64,000 bases of DNA from Candidatus Kapaibacterium sp. (lineage in GTDB: Bacteria > Bacteroidota > Ignavibacteria > Kapaibacteriales > UBA2268): NCBI GenBank assembly GCA_013414795.1, contig CP058732.1, forward strand, positions 1,097,744 to 1,161,743, read 5' to 3'. Under the pieces are notes generated by a model. That model did not search any database, was not told where the DNA came from, and worked only from the letters and a program-made list of their open reading frames with translations. The position numbers were made by a program, and so were the translations under genes. Positions 1-7,991 of this stretch are shown here, one piece after another. Position 1 is the stretch's first letter; every line of letters starts with the position of its first letter.

Positions 1-846
1 GTATTTTTTGCTTGGGTCATCTGGTGGAATGAAATAACTCATATTTTCAACAACACCAAGAATTTCGACATTGACTTTTCTAAACATTGCTATACTTCTG
101 CGGACATCGGCAACGGCTATTTCTTGAGGTGTTGTAACTATAATTGCCCCAGTAAGAGGAATTTTTTGTGTCAAAGTCAATTGTACATCCCCAGTTCCTG
201 GCGGCAAATCGAAAACAAGGTAGTCGAGTTCGCCCCATTCGATTTGTTCAAAGAGCATTGAAAAATAACCAGCAAGCAAGGGACCACGAACGATTGCAGC
301 CTCGTTCTTTTGTAAAATCATACCCATCGAGGCTACTTTTATTCCGTACTTTTCCAATGGGAATGCCATTGTAGTCCCATCGGGCATTTCCACCACTTCG
401 AAAGGTTGTTCGTTAAGTCCAAACATCGTTGGTTGGCTGGGTCCGTAGATATCGCCGTCGAGTATTCCAACTCTTGCCCCTGTAAGATGTAATGCAGCAG
501 TAAGATTGGCTGCTATCGAAGATTTGCCAACACCGCCTTTCCCAGAAGCAACTGCAATGATATTTTTTACTTGTTTTAAAACTTTTCGTTTGGATAGGTC
601 ATACATTCTTTCCGATACATTAACCTCAACCTCGACGCTGGGGTAAAGTTTAACAATCTCCTCGTTGATTTTTTGACTTATTTCATCATAAACAGTAAAG
701 ATTGGCTGAACAAGTTCGATGTATACTTTTACAGTATTGTCTTCGATTGTAACTTCTTTGATTGCGTTAAGTTCGGCGAGGGTTTTGTTTAAATCTGGAT
801 CTTCGATGTTTACGATTGCGTTTACAATATCAACTTTGTTAATCAT
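1..846 (-). CDS. mrp: Mrp/ApbC (NBP35 family) Fe-S cluster carrier ATPase with N-terminal DUF59-like domain; 3' end runs off the window
   Basis: Not in the ORF track. Manual minus-strand translation from ATG 846 gives MINKVDIV...IIAVASGKGGVGKS...GILDGDIYGPSQP...DYLVFDLPPGTGDVQLT...VTTPQ...GVVENMSYF, all Mrp signature motifs. Confidence 0.95.
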   Translation of the reverse strand, partial: MINKVDIVNAIVNIEDPDLNKTLAELNAIKEVTIEDNTVKVYIELVQPIFTVYDEISQKINEEIVKLYPSVEVEVNVSERMYDLSKRKVLKQVKNIIAVASGKGGVGKSSIAANLTAALHLTGARVGILDGDIYGPSQPTMFGLNEQPFEVVEMPDGTTMAFPLEKYGIKVASMGMILQKNEAAIVRGPLLAGYFSMLFEQIEWGELDYLVFDLPPGTGDVQLTLTQKIPLTGAIIVTTPQEIAVADVRRSIAMFRKVNVEILGVVENMSYFIPPDDPSKKY

Positions 847-971
847 AATAATTCCTCTTAAAAAAACACAAAAACGAAATTTGAAAAATGATATTTTTTC
901 GATTAAACCTTTTCAACTAAAATTATGTCTAAAAGGTGTAATTTGTTCATTTAAATTTTATGAGGTCAGTT

Positions 972-1553
972 ATGAAAAAGTTAATGTTTTTTGGTCTTTC
1001 AATCTTGTTATTGAGTTTTGTTTTTATTTCGGATACTTATGGACAAGGTCGAGGCGGGAAGAGAAATTTTCAAGGGCGTGGTGCAAACTGCCAGTTCGTA
1101 GATTTAAACAATGATGGTATCTGCGATAATTTTGTAGACGCAAACAACGACGGAATCTGTGACAATTGCCCTGGGTGTGGAAAAGGTGGATGGAGAGGTA
1201 AGGGAAACAATTTCCAAGGACAGGGTTTACATTTACGACAAAGAAATTTTGTCGATAATAATGGAGATGGAATTTGCGACAACTACCAAAGTCGAGCATT
1301 TATTTCAAGACCCTCCCCAAATCCATTCACTTCAACAACGAATTTTTCTCTGTCTTTACCTTCTGCTGGAAATGTTTCAATAACAGTTAATGACCTTGAA
1401 GGAAAAGTTGTGAAAAATGTTTTTAGCGGCAAATTAGAAAAGGGAGACCATAATTTTACCATCGATTCACAAAATTTAACCCCGGGGCGTTATTTAATAG
1501 TTGTAAAGTTTAACAACAGAACATTTTCGAGGCATATTTTCTATCGACCGTAA
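972..1553 (+). CDS. Small secreted protein: signal peptide, three FVDxNxDGICDN repeats, T9SS type A C-terminal sorting domain
   Basis: ATG 972 follows GAGG (track start 960). Hydrophobic signal peptide; CTD pattern PSPNPF...VSITVNDLEGKVV...LTPGRYLIVV. Confidence 0.85.
   Translation: MKKLMFFGLSILLLSFVFISDTYGQGRGGKRNFQGRGANCQFVDLNNDGICDNFVDANNDGICDNCPGCGKGGWRGKGNNFQGQGLHLRQRNFVDNNGDGICDNYQSRAFISRPSPNPFTSTTNFSLSLPSAGNVSITVNDLEGKVVKNVFSGKLEKGDHNFTIDSQNLTPGRYLIVVKFNNRTFSRHIFYRP
1095..1283 (+). repeat. Intragenic 36-bp (12-aa) repeats FVDxNxDGICDN: tandem at 1095-1130 and 1131-1166, third copy at 1248-1283
   Basis: Visible in both protein and DNA (gatggtatctgcgataat / gacggaatctgtgacaat / gatggaatttgcgacaac). 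Confidence 0.9.
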
Positions 1554-1573
1554 GTCGAATCCAACAAATTCAC

Positions 1574-1607
1574 GACTGCTCCAGATTATGGAGCAGTCTT
1601 TTTTTTT
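1574..1607 (+). terminator. Rho-independent terminator
   Basis: gactgctcca-gatta-tggagcagtc perfect 10-bp stem followed by a T9 run. Confidence 0.9.
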
Positions 1608-1621
1608 ATTTTTGAATTTGT

Positions 1622-2497
1622 ATGGAAACAAAAACAAAGAGAAAATTTAGCAAAATTTCTGTAGCGGTTAGTTCTTTTATAGTAGCCATCTTTTTGACTA
1701 CCTTTAAAGCAGTAGTTGGAATTGCTACTGGGAGTTTAGGAATTATTTCCGAAGCAATTCATTCTGGAATGGATATGTTCGCTGCGGGGATAACTTTGTT
1801 TTCTGTTAAATTTTCGTCCAAACCACCAGATGAAAGGCACAACTTTGGGCACGGCAAGATAGAAAATATTTCAGCATTCATCGAAGCGTTATTACTTTTG
1901 GCAACAAGTTTTTGGGTGATTTGGGAAGCATATGAAAGATTAACTGGAAAAAATGTCGAAGTAGAGGTTAATTTTTGGAGTTTCTTTGTAATAATTTTTG
2001 CTATAATCATTGATGTAAACCGTGCAAGAATATTAAAAAAGGCTTCGGAAGAATATCAAAGCCAAGCCCTCGAAGCCGATGCATTGCACTTTTCCTCTGA
2101 TATCCTTACTTCTGGCGTTGTACTTTTAGGTTTGGTTTTCACTTTATTAAAGATACCAACTGCTGATGTAATTGCTGCAATAATCGTATCTCTTGTTGTT
2201 ATGCAGATGTCTTTGAAATTGGCATATAATTCAATTAATTTTTTGTTAGATAGTGCACCAATTGCAAAGCAGACTATCAAAGAAATTGTCACTCGTGTTC
2301 CCGATGTTCGGGATGTCCACGATATTCGAGTGCGGTCCTCTGGCTCGACAATTTTTGTTGATATGAACATACACGTAAATCCAAATTTGTCGATTGAGGA
2401 TGCCCATAAGATATCACACCAAGTCGAAGAAGAGATTCGCAAAGAATTTTCAAATTGTGAAATACATATCCATCAAGAACCAGATGATTCTCATTAA
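1622..2497 (+). CDS. fieF: Cation diffusion facilitator (FieF-like) metal transporter
   Basis: SEAIHSGMD, PPDERHNFGHGKIEN, ADALHFSSD motifs; C-terminal dimerisation domain ending IHQEP. Confidence 0.9.
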   Translation: METKTKRKFSKISVAVSSFIVAIFLTTFKAVVGIATGSLGIISEAIHSGMDMFAAGITLFSVKFSSKPPDERHNFGHGKIENISAFIEALLLLATSFWVIWEAYERLTGKNVEVEVNFWSFFVIIFAIIIDVNRARILKKASEEYQSQALEADALHFSSDILTSGVVLLGLVFTLLKIPTADVIAAIIVSLVVMQMSLKLAYNSINFLLDSAPIAKQTIKEIVTRVPDVRDVHDIRVRSSGSTIFVDMNIHVNPNLSIEDAHKISHQVEEEIRKEFSNCEIHIHQEPDDSH

Positions 2498-2509
2498 AGG
2501 AAATCCTAA

Positions 2510-3130
2510 ATGAAAATGTTTCGTTTTGTGAGTTTGGTTTTTGTGTTTTTGATTTTTTGTGGTTTTGCCTCGAACGATGATGGTTTGAATGTTATCAAAT
2601 CCGATAAAGGATTTATTTTTGTCTTTAACGATAGCCTCGAAAGTTTTCTTTTGGAGTTTAGGGGAAAGAAATTTGTGGATATTGAACCCGAAGAACTGAT
2701 TTTTTCAATCGATGGACAAGTAATTCAATTTACTATCGTCCCCGTAAAAGAGTTTTATGTTCCAAATCTTGAAAAAGATACTCTACAACAGCATTTTGAG
2801 TTTGAAGTTGATTATATATCTAAAAGTTTTAATTCGCAATTGGACAAAGTCGAGCCAAAAAAATTTAAAACTCGACTTGGGAGAAAGGCATATTATTGGG
2901 AATTGGAACGGAAAGTCCCCCCGTCGGATACTTCAAACGAAACTGTTACCAAACAAATTTTTGCTTCGACTAATACCAATTTGTTTGTTGTGTTGATTTC
3001 GTCCCCATTAACTCGAAAAAATAACTATGCCGAATGCAAAAGAAGAATCTTTAATGCATTAAAAAATATTCAAATAAATTACGGCAAATACAATCTTGAT
3101 TCATTACGCTATTCGTTAAAAAGAAAATAA
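2510..3130 (+). CDS. Hypothetical exported protein
   Basis: 206-aa ORF, N-terminal signal peptide, AGGA upstream, codirectional with fieF. Confidence 0.75.
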   Translation: MKMFRFVSLVFVFLIFCGFASNDDGLNVIKSDKGFIFVFNDSLESFLLEFRGKKFVDIEPEELIFSIDGQVIQFTIVPVKEFYVPNLEKDTLQQHFEFEVDYISKSFNSQLDKVEPKKFKTRLGRKAYYWELERKVPPSDTSNETVTKQIFASTNTNLFVVLISSPLTRKNNYAECKRRIFNALKNIQINYGKYNLDSLRYSLKRK

Positions 3131-3186
3131 TTAGCCACCAAAATCTTTTTCATTTCGTCATTGATATTTATTATTTGTTTTTTAAA

Positions 3187-3194
3187 TATATTTG
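3187..3194 (+). promoter_or_regulatory. Bacteroidota-type -7 promoter element (TATATTTG)
   Basis: Matches TAnnTTTG, ending 27 nt before the TPR gene start. Confidence 0.5.
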
Positions 3195-3221
3195 TTTTTG
3201 TGGTTTAATTTGCTTTAAAAA

Positions 3222-4706
3222 ATGGAATTTTGGTCTTACGACGACGATGATGAACTATTCGACGATGAGAACGATGGCGATAACGAAAATAACATCGACG
3301 AAGCCTACGTTCAAATGTTCAGTGCTTGGTTCGAATTGAAAAAGCGCTCGGGGGAAGACTTTACATATGAAGACCTCGAGAAAATTGAGGAATTGTTAGA
3401 TGTTTGTATAGATAATGGTTTATACGAAAATGCTTTAAACTTCTGCGATACTTTGCTTGAATACAATCCTTCTTCGAACGAGTTGCTTACCAAGAAGGGT
3501 ATTATTCTTATGAATATGAAAAACTTCTCCGCAGCGATAAACTCATTGGAAAGGGCTGTGGAAATAAATCCCAACAACTCGGAATCGCTGATTAATTTAA
3601 GTTTGTCTTATTTCAACTCGGGTGAATATCAAAAATCACTGGAATTAATAGACCGTGCAATTAACATCGAACCAAGCGATTTCGCGTTGTATCAGAAAGG
3701 CGTTATTTTGCAAACTTACCAAAGACTTGACGAAGCACTTGAGATTTTTAAAGCACTTTTAGGCTCCGAAGAGTATAAAGAGGAGGCTCTTCAAGAAATT
3801 TCGCATATTTTGTTTCTCCAAGGTAAGTTCGAAGAGAGTCTTCGAATAAATTACCAAGCAGTAAAGCAAGAACCAGAAAATTTTTGGTACTGGTTCAATA
3901 TTGGTTTATGTTATTTAGAACTTGGGAGGTACTACCGAGCCATCGAGGCTTTCCAAAAATCTATTTCCATCAATCCCTTTTTCGTTTATCCTTATTTGTA
4001 CTTAAGTTGGGCATATTCCAGTATTGGAAGATACAAGCAAGCAATTCATTCCCTTTTGAAGTATTCTCTTAATCGTTACGACAGGTACGTTTATTTTCAG
4101 ATAGCAAATCTTTTAGGCGATATTGGATTTTACGAAGAAGCAATTGATTTATATCTTACTATAACGGATAGAGACCATATGTTTGCTCCTGCACACATTG
4201 GTCTGGCATTGTGCTATAAAGAGTTAGATGAAATTTCCACGGCGGAGGATTGCTTTAAAACTGGGACTTCGCTCGACCCAAAGAACGTTGAATTTTGGCA
4301 GATGGCAATTTCTTTCCTCTTTGAGAATAGAAAAATTAGCAGAGGATTTTCTTGGCTTGCGAGCGCCTTGAATAACAATCCACAAAGCGAAGAATTACTT
4401 TCAGACTTGCACTTCTATGTGTTTAAATTTAAGCGATTCAACGAAGGTATTGAAATTTTGGAGAATATCAAGCCTTTGGCTCCTAACAACGCAAATATGC
4501 TATTTATGTTAGGCGAATTTTATGCAAGAAGTGGTAAGTTGGAAAAAGCAATCGAATATTTCACTGAAAGTATTCATTTGAATCAAAAACTATATCATAG
4601 TTTGAAATCAATAATGAATATTATTTTGAAGAAGAAAGACCATTCAACATTTGAAAAGATGCTGAATTTGAAACTCTCCTTACAAGAGTTGAAATTCAAA
4701 AAGTAG
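3222..4706 (+). CDS. Tetratricopeptide repeat protein with acidic N-terminus
   Basis: Multiple TPR units (e.g. WFNIGLCYLELGRYYRAIEAFQKSISINP). Confidence 0.9.
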   Translation: MEFWSYDDDDELFDDENDGDNENNIDEAYVQMFSAWFELKKRSGEDFTYEDLEKIEELLDVCIDNGLYENALNFCDTLLEYNPSSNELLTKKGIILMNMKNFSAAINSLERAVEINPNNSESLINLSLSYFNSGEYQKSLELIDRAINIEPSDFALYQKGVILQTYQRLDEALEIFKALLGSEEYKEEALQEISHILFLQGKFEESLRINYQAVKQEPENFWYWFNIGLCYLELGRYYRAIEAFQKSISINPFFVYPYLYLSWAYSSIGRYKQAIHSLLKYSLNRYDRYVYFQIANLLGDIGFYEEAIDLYLTITDRDHMFAPAHIGLALCYKELDEISTAEDCFKTGTSLDPKNVEFWQMAISFLFENRKISRGFSWLASALNNNPQSEELLSDLHFYVFKFKRFNEGIEILENIKPLAPNNANMLFMLGEFYARSGKLEKAIEYFTESIHLNQKLYHSLKSIMNIILKKKDHSTFEKMLNLKLSLQELKFKK

Positions 4707-4709
4707 TTT

Positions 4710-5705
4710 TCAAGGTTGGATTTTACTGTTTTTTGAAGTTGGTTCGTTCCCTTGTTTTTTATCATTCGGTTTCTTCAAAGATTGTGAAGGTGTTAATCGC
4801 ACATCTCTTGGTAATATTCCTCGACTAATCAATGTATCCAAAGCATATTCATATCTTTTCCGTTCATTTTTGGGAATCATTGTTCTCAATTCGGGTGGGA
4901 TATGAACGATTGGGATGTATGGAAGTTCAAATTCTAACGGGTTTTTGGGTAGTGAAACCACTGGCTGGTTGGAGGATAACTCGAGCCATTTCTTTTTTCC
5001 CTCGCCAAAGTTGAAGAAATCAATAATAATGACGGGTGTGCCCGACATAGGAATTAATTTGCCGGTTGAATCCTTTTTTGGTAATTCAGCCCAGTTATAA
5101 AGCCATTCAGCGTCTTCCCGAAATTGACGAATACACATATGGGAGGCGGGATAGCCAGGCATTTCAAATTGGTGGAATGCCATACCAGTGAGCCGATGGA
5201 AATTCAGTGTGAATGGCATAATCCAATTTTCGTTAAATGAGGATCTACGAAGTCTTTCTTTCCATTGTATATAGTATCTACCAGGATAAGTTGGAGTGGA
5301 TCTTTTGCCCGAGTTCACAGCCGAGAAACGAACGATTTTACCATATTCGTAACAAGCATATGCTTGATAAAGATTTGAAACGACAATCAATTTTGGAATG
5401 TTATTTGCCGATTCATATTTTTGTGGAAAGACTGAATAGAAACGCAAATCCTCAACAAAGGTATCAGGAATGATTATAGGCTGTTTAATACGAAAAAATC
5501 TTAATTCCTTTCGGTTTAAAGTTGTAATTACACGATATTTTACGTAGTTTCTCTTTGGAGAACATTCTTGAAGAAATAAATTTAAATCTTTTGAAGATTT
5601 GAAACTTATGGTTCGATAATTGATTTTTGTAAAATTTGATATTTCTTGACTAAATAGTTCACCTAACCAAAAAAACAAAAGACAAAAGATGATTGGGTAT
5701 GCCAT
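4710..5705 (-). CDS. L,D-transpeptidase (YkuD family)
   Basis: NSGK...PTYPG and AFHQFEMPGYPASHMCIR catalytic His/Cys motif; signal peptide. Confidence 0.85.
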   Translation of the reverse strand: MAYPIIFCLLFFWLGELFSQEISNFTKINYRTISFKSSKDLNLFLQECSPKRNYVKYRVITTLNRKELRFFRIKQPIIIPDTFVEDLRFYSVFPQKYESANNIPKLIVVSNLYQAYACYEYGKIVRFSAVNSGKRSTPTYPGRYYIQWKERLRRSSFNENWIMPFTLNFHRLTGMAFHQFEMPGYPASHMCIRQFREDAEWLYNWAELPKKDSTGKLIPMSGTPVIIIDFFNFGEGKKKWLELSSNQPVVSLPKNPLEFELPYIPIVHIPPELRTMIPKNERKRYEYALDTLISRGILPRDVRLTPSQSLKKPNDKKQGNEPTSKNSKIQP

Positions 5706-5720
5706 TTGAATACTATATGT

Positions 5721-6707
5721 TTAAATTAGAAGTTTTCCTTCCTTCATTATCAACTTGTCGTCGAAATAAACATTAGGTTTGGTAATAATTCCATCAATGT
5801 GTCCTTTGGCTTTTATTTTACCGCCCATTGTAAGATTATTTCCAAAAGCGATATGAACTGTGCCAAGCACTTTTTCGTCCTCAAGTATGATTCCAGTGAT
5901 TTTGGCTTTGTAATTGGTTCCAATTCCGAATTCACCTATGGCAAAGGCTTCGTGTCCAATGGATTTAAGCATATCATAAAGTTGTTTTGCTTCCTCATCT
6001 CCTTCGAAATCGACGCCATAGCCATCCTCGACAACAACTTTAACTGGGTGTTTCAAAATTCCAATACCTGCAATAGAACCGTCGAAGACTATGACTCCGT
6101 TACTTTGCTTTTCCCAAGGAGCAAGATAAACTTCCCCAGAGGGGAGATTTCCGTATTCGCCAATATTTCTCAAAATACCCGTGCTTTTAATAATTGTTCG
6201 GTTCTTGATTGGAAGAGTTATGTCCGTGCCAAGTTCAGTAGTTACTCTTATAGTCGAAACGTTTTGAAGTTTTTTTGCAACTTTTTCTGTTGTTTCAAGA
6301 ATTTTGTTTGCATCGGCACTTAAGCAACGCAACATAGTTTCTGCAGTTATTCCAGGCATTGTTGCAATTCGGACTCCGAGTTTCGAGGCTTCGCGTCGAG
6401 CGTTCGTATGAGTTATGGATTTGCTGGTCGGTGCGACGACTACATCAACTTCTTGCATCAGATTTGCTATTGGTTCTGGTGGCTCTTGTCCGTTGACTTC
6501 ACGAGGTTTGATTTCACAATAGAATGTTTCGTGGGCAATTTCTTTTCCCACTTCAAAGAAAGTCAAACCAATATCGCGAAGTGGTTCATCAGACAAAACA
6601 AGCAATGTTTCAACAGAAGTAACTCCAAGATAATCTTGCAATGCGATTCTTGCGGCGTCTTGTAAAGTTAGTTCTTTTTCTTCTTCTTTTTTCTTCTTTC
6701 GAGGCAT
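5721..6707 (-). CDS. Leucyl aminopeptidase / aminopeptidase T-like (M29-related)
   Basis: GNLPSGEVY, IGEFGIGTN, ILEDEKVLGTVHIAFGNN and HID motifs. Confidence 0.85.
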   Translation of the reverse strand: MPRKKKKEEEKELTLQDAARIALQDYLGVTSVETLLVLSDEPLRDIGLTFFEVGKEIAHETFYCEIKPREVNGQEPPEPIANLMQEVDVVVAPTSKSITHTNARREASKLGVRIATMPGITAETMLRCLSADANKILETTEKVAKKLQNVSTIRVTTELGTDITLPIKNRTIIKSTGILRNIGEYGNLPSGEVYLAPWEKQSNGVIVFDGSIAGIGILKHPVKVVVEDGYGVDFEGDEEAKQLYDMLKSIGHEAFAIGEFGIGTNYKAKITGIILEDEKVLGTVHIAFGNNLTMGGKIKAKGHIDGIITKPNVYFDDKLIMKEGKLLI

Positions 6708-6726
6708 ATTGTACCTATTTTTTATT

Positions 6727-7977
6727 TTAAAATTTTGGTTTTTCGAGGTCGAATTTTGTAGATTTTCGATTTGATTTTAATAAAAGGTATCCAAATAAAA
6801 CTCCAAAAATACCAAAAAATGAGAAAATCCACATTCCAGTTGTGTAACCTTGGGTGATTTCGTTTACTTTCCCAATTAATATATTCGTTGCAAACAAGCC
6901 AATATTTTGAATCATTGTCATAAATCCGTAAGCAGTTCCAAGTTTTTCTTCGTCCACTACATATGCAACAGAGGGCCACATCACAGCGGGAATCAGAGAG
7001 AATGCAATTCCCATAATGGACATAGGTATGAACAATGAAATTTTGGTATAAGCCATAATTAAATAAACAGGTATAATCAACATTGAGCCGAAAATCATAA
7101 GTTTTGCTCTGTGTCCAATTTTGTCAACAAGTATACCAAAAAGTGGGGTCATAATCATTGCAGAAAGTGTCAAGATACTTGAAAGGAACCCAGCAGTTTC
7201 GCGGGAAACCCCGTGTACCTCTTGAAAAAACTTGATGGCAAAAGTTTGAAAGGGGAACATTGCCGAATAAAATGTTACGCAAAGAAGAGTAATGTACCAG
7301 AAAGCAGAACCAAATTTGAATACTTCTTTTATAACGAGTTTTTCTTGTTTCTGCTCTTCGTGCAAAACGAACTTTTTTCTTGCCCAGACGTCGAGGAAAT
7401 AGTAAGTCAATACTGCTATAACAGACACAAGAGAAGCAACGAAAGATATGAGCAAAGGTCCTTGCCAATTGTCGTAAAAAGATTTTGCCCAAGTTGGAGA
7501 ATTGAGTGCTGCAAAGGAACCCAATCGAGCAATTGTAAGATTCAAGCCAAAAGCAAAGGAAAGTTCTTTCCCTTTAAACCACTTTGCAAGTGTGGTAGTG
7601 ATAGAAACAATTAAAGATTCGGCACCCAAGCCAAAAATCAAACGCCCCGCTGCCATAGTAACTATATCGCCTTTGATGAATGTGAAGAATGCCCCAATCA
7701 TACAAAGAGTAGAAAATAATAGATTCGCTTTTCGGGTTCCAATTCTATCGATAATCATACCACCGATGGCAACCATAATGATGTTTGGGAAACTGTAAAT
7801 TCCTTGAAGCAGTCCAATGTTATCGTCAGTGAAATGTAGTTGTTTGGCAAGAACATCGGCAAGGGGTGAAATCGAATCGTATACATAGTAATTTCCAAAC
7901 ATTGCAAAAGAAACAACAGAAAGCACGAACCAACGCAAAGCGACTGGTGGTTCTCGCAAATTATTGATTGAATTCAT
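6727..7977 (-). CDS. MFS transporter, MFSD1-like
   Basis: About 12 TM helices; GNYYVYD, YSFPN, GRLIFGLGAES, KWFKGKELSFAFG motifs recalled from the MFSD1 family. Confidence 0.85.
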   Translation of the reverse strand: MNSINNLREPPVALRWFVLSVVSFAMFGNYYVYDSISPLADVLAKQLHFTDDNIGLLQGIYSFPNIIMVAIGGMIIDRIGTRKANLLFSTLCMIGAFFTFIKGDIVTMAAGRLIFGLGAESLIVSITTTLAKWFKGKELSFAFGLNLTIARLGSFAALNSPTWAKSFYDNWQGPLLISFVASLVSVIAVLTYYFLDVWARKKFVLHEEQKQEKLVIKEVFKFGSAFWYITLLCVTFYSAMFPFQTFAIKFFQEVHGVSRETAGFLSSILTLSAMIMTPLFGILVDKIGHRAKLMIFGSMLIIPVYLIMAYTKISLFIPMSIMGIAFSLIPAVMWPSVAYVVDEEKLGTAYGFMTMIQNIGLFATNILIGKVNEITQGYTTGMWIFSFFGIFGVLFGYLLLKSNRKSTKFDLEKPKF

Positions 7978-7991
7978 TTCGTTTACCCTTT

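Noticed and set aside
168..1114. Plus-strand ORFs 168-374 and 719-1114
   Set aside because: Antisense to mrp or overlapping the T9SS gene out of frame; no motifs
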